This document shows, piece after piece, positions 1-8,054 of a stretch of DNA of 64,000 nt. Under the pieces are notes generated by a model that was not told where the DNA came from, did not search any database, and was given only the letters and a program-made list of their open reading frames with translations. Position numbers and translations under genes: made by a program. This DNA comes from Candidatus Pelagibacter sp. (GTDB taxonomy: Bacteria; Pseudomonadota; Alphaproteobacteria; Pelagibacterales; Pelagibacteraceae): the NCBI RefSeq assembly GCF_052049675.1, contig NZ_JBNGZM010000001.1, positions 348,242-412,241 on the forward strand. The letters run 5' to 3'. Numbering within the stretch: position 1 is the stretch's first letter; each line of letters opens with the position of its first letter.

Positions 1-667
1 CATATCCTGACATAGCAAAATCAAGCTTATCTTTTAAACGCCAGCAACGAAGTACATTTTCTTGCATAGACGTTACCAAGTATTTACCATCTGGGCTAAA
101 ACCCACTTTATTGTGAGAACCTTTCCAATCTAATTTTGTTGATTTCCATTTATTGCTGTAATCTTTTTTCCAAATTGTAACACCTCCGTATCTAGATACA
201 GCCAATCGTCTTCCTTTGGTATCGAATGCTAAACCTCCAATTGTACTATCATGATTTAAAGATTTTGGTTCTTTTTTATTTTTATCCCAATAATAAACTA
301 CCTTACCTGAAGAACAAACTAAGTTTCCATTATGTGCTGCAACATGATCTACCCATCGTGAACCAAAGTTTGTAATTTTATTTATTTCTCCGTTAAGTGA
401 AATTTTTAAAAAATAACCATCATCACCACCAGTTAAAATATTATCACCATCTTTTGCCATGCAAAGAATAACACCTTTATGAGCCTTTAAAGTCTTGTGT
501 TTTTCTCCAGAACTAAAAATTCTTATAGTACCATCACCAAAACCAGCAGCTATATTATTACCAATTGAAACCGCGCAGGTTACTGGAACTCCAATTTCTA
601 ACTGAATTCCTCTTTGTTCAAATTTAGTTTTGTCTAACTCTGGAAATTGATTTAAATCAGTTGTCAT
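1..667 (-). CDS. WD40/beta-propeller repeat protein, N-terminal ~222 aa (3' end runs off the window)
   Basis: Own translation of the minus strand from ATG 667..665: MTTDLNQFPELDKTKFEQRGIQLEIG... It has recurring WD-like strand motifs (GDGTIRIF, GGDDGYFLKI, RYGGVTIWK, ENVLRCWRL). The frame stays open to position 1. ATGA start/stop overlap with the upstream COG0523 gene. Confidence 0.8.
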   Translation of the reverse strand, partial: MTTDLNQFPELDKTKFEQRGIQLEIGVPVTCAVSIGNNIAAGFGDGTIRIFSSGEKHKTLKAHKGVILCMAKDGDNILTGGDDGYFLKISLNGEINKITNFGSRWVDHVAAHNGNLVCSSGKVVYYWDKNKKEPKSLNHDSTIGGLAFDTKGRRLAVSRYGGVTIWKKDYSNKWKSTKLDWKGSHNKVGFSPDGKYLVTSMQENVLRCWRLKDKLDFAMSGY

Positions 668-1635
668 TCTGATTTACAGGCTTCAAATCCTTCTTTTAAA
701 TTCATAGTTTCTAAGTTACGTCCAATAAACACGAGTCGTGAACTACGTTCTTTATTTTCAGGCCATTTTCCCATAGGAGAAGCATCCATCAACATATGAA
801 CACCCTGAAATACATATCGATCATTTTCACCTTTAAAATCAAGTATTCCTTTAGTTCTCATAATATCTTGACCTTTTGTCTGTAAAAGTTTTCCAAACCA
901 GTTTTGAAATTTTTCCATGTCTAGAGGTTTATCAGACACGAATGATAAACTTGTAACATCATCATCATGTTCATGATCATGATCTGACTCTAGAAAATCT
1001 GGTTCTACCTCTAGAATACGTTTTAAACTAAAAGCATCAAGATTAAGAATTTCCTTTAATGGTGCTCCACATTTTGTAGTTTTAATAATTTTAGCAAAAG
1101 GATTAATTTTACGAATTCTCTTTGTTACTACGTCTATATTCTCATCTTTCACAAGATCTATTTTGTTTAGTAATATTACATCACCAAAAGCAATTTGTTC
1201 CTCAGCTTCGTGATGATCTTCAATTTGTGAGCTTAGATGAACAGCGTCTGCAACTGTAACAATTGCATCAAGCTTTGTTTTATTTGCTACATCCTGATCT
1301 ACAAAGAAGGTTTGAGCTACAGGAGCTGGGTCTGCTAAACCTGTTGTTTCAACTATAATTGCATCAAGTTTATCAGCTCTCTTCATTAACCCACTAAGTA
1401 TTCTAATTAGGTCACCTCTGACTGTGCAGCATATACAGCCATTGTTCATTTCAAAAACTTCCTCGTCAGCATCCACTACAAGGTCATTATCAATACCCTG
1501 TTCACCAAATTCATTTACAATAACAGCGTACTTTTGACCATGCTGTTCTGTAAGAATTCTATTAAGAAGCGTAGTTTTTCCAGCACCAAGAAAACCTGTT
1601 AAGACAGTGACAGGAACTTGGTGCTTGTTTTCCAT
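664..1635 (-). CDS. COG0523/CobW-family G3E GTPase (putative zinc metallochaperone, ZigA/YeiR-like)
   Basis: Walker A GFLGAGKTTLLN; CxCC metal motif GCICCTVRGD; ETTGLADP and NKIDL GTPase motifs; His/Asp-rich linker ESDHDHEHDDD (nt 958-990); CobW_C-like C-terminus. Confidence 0.9.
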   Translation of the reverse strand: MENKHQVPVTVLTGFLGAGKTTLLNRILTEQHGQKYAVIVNEFGEQGIDNDLVVDADEEVFEMNNGCICCTVRGDLIRILSGLMKRADKLDAIIVETTGLADPAPVAQTFFVDQDVANKTKLDAIVTVADAVHLSSQIEDHHEAEEQIAFGDVILLNKIDLVKDENIDVVTKRIRKINPFAKIIKTTKCGAPLKEILNLDAFSLKRILEVEPDFLESDHDHEHDDDVTSLSFVSDKPLDMEKFQNWFGKLLQTKGQDIMRTKGILDFKGENDRYVFQGVHMLMDASPMGKWPENKERSSRLVFIGRNLETMNLKEGFEACKSE

Positions 1636-1644
1636 TAATAACGA

Positions 1645-2754
1645 TTAGCAACCTTTAAAGGATGCAGACATATTTCTTATTAAATCAAAGTATAATGATT
1701 TTCCTGGATTTAAAGTAGCTCCTAAAGGATCCACTACTCCAGTTTTAATATTCATGTCTTTTGCAACAGCTTTAATAATATCAGGGTTAAATTGAGGCTC
1801 TGAAAATACACATGCAACTTTATCATGTTCAATTACCTCTCTAATTTCTTTTAATTGCTCTGCACCTGGCATTACATCTGTATTGACTGTGAAAGCACCC
1901 AAAATATTTACGTTAAATCTTTTCTCAAAATATTGATATGCATCATGAAACACAATTGAAGCAACACTTTTATTTAATTCAGATGTTACATCGCCAGTTA
2001 GTTTATCAATATCTTTATATGCTTTACTTAAATTAGCTCTATAAATTGTCTCATTTTTTGGATCATTTTCAATTAAGTGCTTAGACATCTCAAATAAAAT
2101 TACTTTAGCATTTATAGGATCTAACCAAATGTGTGGATCAAATTCGCCGTGGTTGTGTCCTTCATGCCCATCGTGGTCGTCATGATCGTCGTGGTCATCT
2201 TTTTTACCATGGTCGTCATGATCATGGTCATCGTGATCATCTTCCTTTTTACCATGATCATCATGATCGTGGTCATCGTGATCATCTTCCTTTTTACCAT
2301 GGTCGTCATGATCGTGGTCATCGTGATCATCTTCCTTTTTACCATGATCATCATGATCGTCATGTCCGTGATCATCATGATCATCAAAAATATTTCTTTC
2401 TCTAAATTTTAATACTTGCAATCCTTTGACTTCCATTAACTCAATTTTTTCTGCCTTTTTTGCAATTGATTTTAAAGGTTTTTCTAAAAAGTTTTCTAAG
2501 TCCTCTCCAACCCAAAAAATTAAATCAGCATTTTGTAACATTTTTGCGTGTGATGGCTTCATTGCAAATCCATGTGGAGATGCGTATCCATCAACTATTA
2601 ATTCAGGTTTAGCAACACCATCCATAAGGTAACTTGCAAGAGAATGTATCGGCTTAATAGATGCAACTACTTTAATATCAGCGTTAGTTGGTGTAAAGAA
2701 TGTTAATAATGATAATATTGAAAGGATAAAAGGTATTTTTTTTAGATTTTTCAT
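1645..2754 (-). CDS. znuA: Zinc ABC transporter periplasmic substrate-binding protein ZnuA with a very long His/Asp/Glu-rich loop
   Basis: Signal peptide; cluster A-1 SBP-like sequence (SIKPIHS, HDAYQYF, FSEPQFNP); ~80-aa HD-rich loop; divergent from znuCB. Confidence 0.9.
   Translation of the reverse strand: MKNLKKIPFILSILSLLTFFTPTNADIKVVASIKPIHSLASYLMDGVAKPELIVDGYASPHGFAMKPSHAKMLQNADLIFWVGEDLENFLEKPLKSIAKKAEKIELMEVKGLQVLKFRERNIFDDHDDHGHDDHDDHGKKEDDHDDHDHDDHGKKEDDHDDHDHDDHGKKEDDHDDHDHDDHGKKDDHDDHDDHDGHEGHNHGEFDPHIWLDPINAKVILFEMSKHLIENDPKNETIYRANLSKAYKDIDKLTGDVTSELNKSVASIVFHDAYQYFEKRFNVNILGAFTVNTDVMPGAEQLKEIREVIEHDKVACVFSEPQFNPDIIKAVAKDMNIKTGVVDPLGATLNPGKSLYFDLIRNMSASFKGC
2193..2360 (-). repeat. 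45-bp in-frame tandem repeat (3 near-identical units plus a degenerate copy) encoding the GKKEDDHDDHDHDDH units of the ZnuA loop
   Basis: Units ggtcatcgtgatcatcttcctttttaccatgRtcRtcatgatcgt at 2226-2270, 2271-2315 and 2316-2360. Units 1 and 3 look identical; unit 2 differs at two A/G positions. A shorter degenerate copy lies at 2193-2225. Confidence 0.85.
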
Positions 2755-2776
2755 AGTTATATATATTTTATTGGTT

Positions 2777-2809
2777 GTTATAATATAACGCTATGTAATA
2801 ATATAACAT
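2777..2809. promoter_or_regulatory. Two adjacent Zur-box-like palindromes in the divergent znuA / znuCB promoter region
   Basis: GTTATAaTATAAC (2777-2789, perfect 6-1-6 palindrome) and ATGTAATAaTATAACAT (2793-2809, 7 of 8 arm pairs). Both resemble the TGTTAT-N-ATAACA type of Zur operator. They sit in the only 73-bp intergenic region between znuA and znuC. Confidence 0.6.
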
Positions 2810-2827
2810 TTACATGTCAAGATTTTT

Positions 2828-3574
2828 ATGAGCACTGAAAATAATATTTTAGTAAAATTAAATAATGCTGGATATAAGCAAAATAATAAATGGCTAGTTG
2901 AAGGCGTATCTTTTACTGTTGAAAAGGGTAAAATTGTTACCCTAATAGGACCAAACGGTTCAGGTAAAAGTACAACTGCTAAAATAGCTCTTGGATTTTA
3001 CAAAGGTATAGAAGGTCAGGTTGAAAAATTTACAAACAAAATTGGATATGTTCCACAAAAAATTTCGATAGATTGGACGTTACCGTTAAGAGTTAATGAT
3101 TTTATGCTTTTGACAGATAAACTTAGTGATGACGTTGTGGATGAAGCACTAAAATCAACTGGCGTATATCATCTTAAAAATAAAAATTTAGGAAATTTGT
3201 CTGGTGGAGAATTTCAAAGAGTATTATTAGCAAGAGCTATATCAAAAAAACCAGAATTACTTGTCCTCGATGAACCAGTCCAAGGAGTTGATTTTACAGG
3301 TGAGATTGAAATGTATGAATTGATAAAAAAAATATCTGCAAATTTAAATTGTGGAATCTTATTAATATCTCATGATCTTCATACTGTTATGAGTGCTACT
3401 GATTATGTTGTTTGTTTAAATGGACATGTGTGTTGTTGTGGAAGTCCAACAGAGGTTGCTTTTAATAAAGAGTACAAGGCTTTATTTGGTGAACAAGCTT
3501 CAAAAACACTCACAATTTATGAACATAAACATGATCACATTCACACTACCGATGGAGAAATAAAAAAAAATTAA
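2828..3574 (+). CDS. znuC: Zinc ABC transporter ATP-binding protein ZnuC (His-rich C-terminal tail)
   Basis: Walker A GPNGSGKST, signature LSGGEFQR, Walker B LLVLDEP, H-loop SHDL; tail YEHKHDHIHT. Confidence 0.9.
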   Translation: MSTENNILVKLNNAGYKQNNKWLVEGVSFTVEKGKIVTLIGPNGSGKSTTAKIALGFYKGIEGQVEKFTNKIGYVPQKISIDWTLPLRVNDFMLLTDKLSDDVVDEALKSTGVYHLKNKNLGNLSGGEFQRVLLARAISKKPELLVLDEPVQGVDFTGEIEMYELIKKISANLNCGILLISHDLHTVMSATDYVVCLNGHVCCCGSPTEVAFNKEYKALFGEQASKTLTIYEHKHDHIHTTDGEIKKN

Positions 3575-3575
3575 T

Positions 3576-4379
3576 ATGTTAGATGATTTTTTTATAAGAG
3601 CGTTAATTGCAGGGATTGGTATTGCTCTAGTTACTGGCCCACTAGGTTGTTTTGTCGTTTGGAGAAGGCTTTCTTATTTTGGAGATACTCTTGCTCATTC
3701 TGCTTTGCTTGGTGTAACAATTGCTTATTCTATGGAATTTAATATTGCTGTCTCAATATTTCTAATTTCATCATTAATTGCATTAATTTTAATACATCTT
3801 CAAAGAAAAACTAATCTACCTAGTGATGCTTTACTAGGTCTGCTTGCTCACTCATCGTTGGCAGTTGGTTTAGTTGTAATTGGTTTTTTAACATTTATTA
3901 GATTTGATATCATGGGGCTTTTGTTTGGAGATATTTTAGCCGTTGACAAGAATGATCTTATTATTATCTGGTTTGGAGGAGGATTGATATTATTAGTTTT
4001 AAAATTTATTTGGAAACCGTTGTTTGCCTCAACCGTTAATTATGAATTAGCTGAAGCCGAGGGTTTAAATCCAGATAGAGCCAAAGCCATTTTTACAATT
4101 TTACTGGCAGCTATAATTGCGATTTCAATTAAATTAGTTGGTGTTTTGTTGATCACAGGAATGTTAATTATACCAACTGCTATGGCTAGAAATCTCTCCG
4201 ATACTCCCCAAAAGATGGTTGTTTTTTCTATAATTGGAGGTTTGTTATCAGTATTTATTGGTCTATTTTCTTCTTTAGAGTTTAACACACCATCTGGTCC
4301 TTCAATAATAACTGCTGCACTATTACTCTTTATAATTTCATTACTTAAAATTAAACAAACGATTCAATTGAAAAATTAA
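3576..4379 (+). CDS. znuB: Zinc ABC transporter permease ZnuB (ABC-3 family)
   Basis: Polytopic membrane protein with ZnuB-like sequence (YFGDTLAHSALLG); starts 1 nt after znuC. Confidence 0.9.
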   Translation: MLDDFFIRALIAGIGIALVTGPLGCFVVWRRLSYFGDTLAHSALLGVTIAYSMEFNIAVSIFLISSLIALILIHLQRKTNLPSDALLGLLAHSSLAVGLVVIGFLTFIRFDIMGLLFGDILAVDKNDLIIIWFGGGLILLVLKFIWKPLFASTVNYELAEAEGLNPDRAKAIFTILLAAIIAISIKLVGVLLITGMLIIPTAMARNLSDTPQKMVVFSIIGGLLSVFIGLFSSLEFNTPSGPSIITAALLLFIISLLKIKQTIQLKN

Positions 4380-4403
4380 TGAAGTATTGTAGAAAATATT
4401 AAA

Positions 4404-4802
4404 ATGCAAAAACAACAAACTTTATCGAGAAACCAAAAAATTATTTTTGATTTAATTGATAAATCTCGTGGCCCCATGAAAGCTTATTCAATTCTTTTTA
4501 ATGTTCAAAAAAAGGGAATTAAAGCGCCATTACAAGTTTACAGAGCTTTAGATAAATTAGTAGAAATTGGTAAAATTCATAAGATTGAAAGTAGAAATGC
4601 TTTTATTGCGTGTCAAAATTCTAGCTGTCAAATATCAAAAGCAACAGCATTTTCGATTTGTGAAAGTTGTGAAAATGTATCTGAAATAAGTAATACAAAA
4701 CTTTCCAAATACCTATCTAATTTTGCTGATAGCTCTGGTATGAAATATAGCAAATACAATTTAGAATTTTTTGGTTTATGTAAAAAATGTAAATCAAAAT
4801 AA
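4404..4802 (+). CDS. zur: Fur-family zinc uptake regulator Zur
   Basis: APLQVYRALDKLVEIGKIHKIESRNAFIAC matches alphaproteobacterial Zur. Two CxxC pairs (CESC, CKKC). Located directly after znuCB. Confidence 0.8.
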   Translation: MQKQQTLSRNQKIIFDLIDKSRGPMKAYSILFNVQKKGIKAPLQVYRALDKLVEIGKIHKIESRNAFIACQNSSCQISKATAFSICESCENVSEISNTKLSKYLSNFADSSGMKYSKYNLEFFGLCKKCKSK

Positions 4803-5800
4803 TGGGCACAGTTTCATTAACTTTAGACGAAATATTTGAACTAGCTAAAAAAACTCTTTTGTCAAATGGTTGTGATGATGAAACAGCATCAATTTTATCA
4901 GACTTAATTAGGAATGCTGAAAGAGATGGTTCTTTATCGCACGGTCTATTCAGATTACCAGCATACGTGACAGGTCTTAAAGGTGGAAAGATAAATGGCA
5001 AAGGTAAACCTGAGATAAAAAAAATATCTCCTTCTGTAATTAAAGTTGAAGGAAATAATTGTTTAGCACCTGTAGTTTTAAACAGAGGATTACCTGAATT
5101 AGCAAAAGCAGCAAAAGAAAACGGAGTTGCAGTCTTAGCAATAAATAATTCACATCATATGGCTGCTATGTGGCCCGAAACAGAGAAATTAGCAGAGGAA
5201 GGTTTGGTAGCATTTGCTTGCACATCTTATAAGCCTGCAGTTGCACCTGCTGGTGCCATAAAACCGTTATTTGGAACAAACCCAATTTCATTTGCTTGGC
5301 CACGTCCAGGTAAAACACCAGTTGTTTATGATATGGCAACAGCTTCAATGGCAATGGGAGAAGTTCAAGTTGCTAAAAGAGAAGGGCACAAAGTTCCACT
5401 TGGAACTGGTTTAACTAAAGATGGTAAAGAAACAACTGATCCAGGTGAAATTGCCGATGGTGGAGTTTTATTACCCTTTGGTGGTTATAAAGGATCTGCA
5501 ATTGCAATGATGGTAGAATTAATGGCAGGAGCATTAGTTGGAGATAATTTTAGTTTTGAAACTGCTGTTAAGGATAATAATGATGGTGGTCCTCCAAGTG
5601 GTGGAGAATTCATATTAGCCATTAACCCAGATAAAACATCAGGTACTAATTGGCAAAAACATGCTGAGGAATTTTTTGAAAAAATGAAATCAATGGGTGA
5701 AGTAAGATTACCTGGAGAAAGACGTCATAAGAATAGAATGGACATTGGTCCAAGAAATATTAACGAAGAATTAGTAAACAAAATTAAATCTTTAAGCTAA
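4802..5800 (+). CDS. Ldh_2 family (malate/L-lactate dehydrogenase type 2, COG2055) NAD(P)H oxidoreductase; substrate unknown
   Basis: N-terminus ...RNAERDGSLSHGLFRLP..., GTNPISFAWP, GGYKGSAIAMMVELMAG, typical of the Ldh_2 family. Its ATG overlaps the zur stop (TAATG). Confidence 0.8.
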   Translation: MGTVSLTLDEIFELAKKTLLSNGCDDETASILSDLIRNAERDGSLSHGLFRLPAYVTGLKGGKINGKGKPEIKKISPSVIKVEGNNCLAPVVLNRGLPELAKAAKENGVAVLAINNSHHMAAMWPETEKLAEEGLVAFACTSYKPAVAPAGAIKPLFGTNPISFAWPRPGKTPVVYDMATASMAMGEVQVAKREGHKVPLGTGLTKDGKETTDPGEIADGGVLLPFGGYKGSAIAMMVELMAGALVGDNFSFETAVKDNNDGGPPSGGEFILAINPDKTSGTNWQKHAEEFFEKMKSMGEVRLPGERRHKNRMDIGPRNINEELVNKIKSLS

Positions 5801-6568
5801 ATTAATCTCAATAGGTGTGTGATCAGAGGGCTTTTCTCTTCCACGTGGATCTTTATTGATATTAATATTTTTAATTTGATCAATTATAGAATTTGAAACT
5901 AAAAAATGATCAATCCTCATACCGTTATTTTTTTGCCATGCACCTCTCATATAATCCCAAAATGTATATCCTTCTTTATCTTCATAAAAATGTCTATAGA
6001 CGTCATTAAAACCAAGATTAACCATTTCTCTAAATTTTTTTCTAATTTCAAGTCTGTATAGTGCGTCGTCTTCAAAACTTTTAGCATTATAAACATCTTC
6101 AGCTGACGGGATTATATTGAAATCACCAGCTAAAATAATATTAGAATTTTTCTTAGATAAAGTTTTTAATTGCTTTATTAATTGATCAAGCCAATCTTTT
6201 TTATAATCATATTTCTCAGTATCTACAGGATTTCCGTTTGGAGTATAAATATTAATTAAGTGTATATGTTTTTTCTTATATTCAAATTCAGCTGAAATTA
6301 TTCTTGATTGTTTTAACTTATCTTTAATTAAATCTGTTTTGACATTTTTTAATTTATTTTTTGAGATAATCGCTACACCATTATAACTTTTTTGACCAAA
6401 CACATGACTTTCGTAGTCCATAGATGAAAAATCATCATATGGAAAATTAACATCTTCAGTTTTAATTTCCTGCATCATTAAAATATCAGGTTTATATTTT
6501 AATAAATAACTTTTAATATTTTCAATTCTTGCTCTTACCGAGTTAACATTCCAAGATGAAATGAGCAT
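5792..6568 (-). CDS. xthA: Exodeoxyribonuclease III
   Basis: MLISSWNVNSVRAR..., MMQEIK, DHTPIEINL. I prefer the ATG at 6568 (1-nt overlap with the upstream stop) over the longer track ORF starting at 6598. Confidence 0.9.
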   Translation of the reverse strand: MLISSWNVNSVRARIENIKSYLLKYKPDILMMQEIKTEDVNFPYDDFSSMDYESHVFGQKSYNGVAIISKNKLKNVKTDLIKDKLKQSRIISAEFEYKKKHIHLINIYTPNGNPVDTEKYDYKKDWLDQLIKQLKTLSKKNSNIILAGDFNIIPSAEDVYNAKSFEDDALYRLEIRKKFREMVNLGFNDVYRHFYEDKEGYTFWDYMRGAWQKNNGMRIDHFLVSNSIIDQIKNININKDPRGREKPSDHTPIEINLA

Positions 6569-6885
6569 TAAAGAGAGAAGGACACTCCACAACCACATGA
6601 AGATTTAGTTTGTGGATTAGATATTTTGAATTGTTCACCTATAAGTTCAGAAACATAGTCAACCTCAGATCCTTTAAGTAAATCAGCTGAGGTTTTATCA
6701 ATTAAAATATTTTGATAATTTAAATCATCATCTTGTTTTGATTTGTCAAAAGTAAATTCATATTGAAAACCAGAACATCCTCCACCTTTGATAGCGATTC
6801 TGAAGAATGATCCTTTGTCTTTTTTTGATAACAAATTATCTATTTGTTTTAACGCTTTATCCGTAAATTTAATTTCTTTAATCAT
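6568..6885 (-). CDS. erpA: HesB/IscA-family Fe-S cluster insertion protein (ErpA-like)
   Basis: IKGGGCSGFQYEF and C-terminal SSCGCGVSF cysteine motifs. Confidence 0.85.
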   Translation of the reverse strand: MIKEIKFTDKALKQIDNLLSKKDKGSFFRIAIKGGGCSGFQYEFTFDKSKQDDDLNYQNILIDKTSADLLKGSEVDYVSELIGEQFKISNPQTKSSCGCGVSFSL

Positions 6886-6935
6886 GACTGAACACTGATA
6901 TTACTAATATAATACTTAATTATTTAAATTAAAGG

Positions 6936-8054
6936 ATGAAAAAAGACACTTTGTTAGGCGTATTTAAAAGTAAAGGAAGACTTAATAAAGAAGCTAATTC
7001 AAAATACAGATCTCCTTTTCAACGTGACAGAGATCGGATAATTCATAGCGCATCATTTAGAAGATTAAAGCATAAAACCCAAGTTTTTGTTAATACAGAA
7101 GGGGATCATTTTAGAACCAGGATCACTCATTCAATTGAAGTAGCACAAATAGCAAGGTCAATTGCAAAATACCTAAAATTAAATGAAGATTTAGCTGAAA
7201 CTTTAAGTCTTGCTCATGACTTAGGACATACTCCATTTGGCCATGCAGGAGAAGATGCCCTAGATGAATGTATGGAAAACTATGGTGGTTTTGATCATAA
7301 TCTTCAGACACTAAGAATCGTAATGTTTTTAGAAAATAAATATTTCAAATTTGCTGGACTAAATTTAACTCTTGAAACATTAGAAGGACTTTTAAAACAT
7401 AACGGACCAGCAGACGATCTGAGTATGGTAAATAAACTAATTGGTTTAAAAACTTTTAAAAACAAAATTAATTTTAATACTTATCCATCATTAGAAGCCC
7501 AAATATCAGCTATATCAGATGATATTGCATATAATAATCATGATATTCAGGATGGGATTAAAGCTAACTTATTTAAACTTGAGGAATTAGTTGAATTAGA
7601 TTTTTTCAAAAAAATTTATCAAAAATATAAAAATAAAATTAATAAAAAAAATTATAAAATTGCTATTTATCAAATCATCAGAGATTCAATAGATATTATG
7701 ATTAGAGATTTACTAAGTAATACAGAAAAAAATATTAAAAAATTCAAAATTAAGTCATTAAAAGATGTATCTAAATCAAATCAATTAATAGTTTCTTTTT
7801 CAGATAGAATAGAAAATTCAGAACAAGAAATCAGATCATTTTTAAGACATAGAATGTATGACAATAAGTCGGTGCTTTATAAGAATCAAAGAGGTAAAAC
7901 GATAATTAAGAAATTATTTAAAATAATTAAATCAAATCCTAGAAAATTTCTTACTAAAGAGCAATTGACTAAAGACAAATATAGAGCTATTTCAGATTTT
8001 ATATCTGGTATGACAGATAGATATGCAATTAACCTCTATAACGATAATAAATGA
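6936..8054 (+). CDS. dgt: dGTPase-like deoxyguanosinetriphosphate triphosphohydrolase family protein (HD domain)
   Basis: SPFQRDRDRIIHSASFRRLKHKTQVF, RITHSIEVAQIAR, AHDLGHTPFGHAGE. Confidence 0.9.
   Translation: MKKDTLLGVFKSKGRLNKEANSKYRSPFQRDRDRIIHSASFRRLKHKTQVFVNTEGDHFRTRITHSIEVAQIARSIAKYLKLNEDLAETLSLAHDLGHTPFGHAGEDALDECMENYGGFDHNLQTLRIVMFLENKYFKFAGLNLTLETLEGLLKHNGPADDLSMVNKLIGLKTFKNKINFNTYPSLEAQISAISDDIAYNNHDIQDGIKANLFKLEELVELDFFKKIYQKYKNKINKKNYKIAIYQIIRDSIDIMIRDLLSNTEKNIKKFKIKSLKDVSKSNQLIVSFSDRIENSEQEIRSFLRHRMYDNKSVLYKNQRGKTIIKKLFKIIKSNPRKFLTKEQLTKDKYRAISDFISGMTDRYAINLYNDNK

Noticed and set aside
2193-2360. Regularly spaced 45-bp repeats that might be a CRISPR-like array.
   Set aside because: The units are directly abutting with no spacers. 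They are in frame inside znuA and encode a coherent His/Asp-rich loop. No cas genes are present.
2121-2632. Track ORFs 2121-2387(-), 2131-2412(+), 2133-2405(+) and 2426-2632(+), which give bizarre M/I/T/V-rich or H/R/D-rich peptides.
   Set aside because: They are alternate-frame or antisense readings of the znuA gene, mostly of its His/Asp repeat. Their periodicity simply mirrors the 45-bp repeat, and the znuA frame has full family-level similarity.
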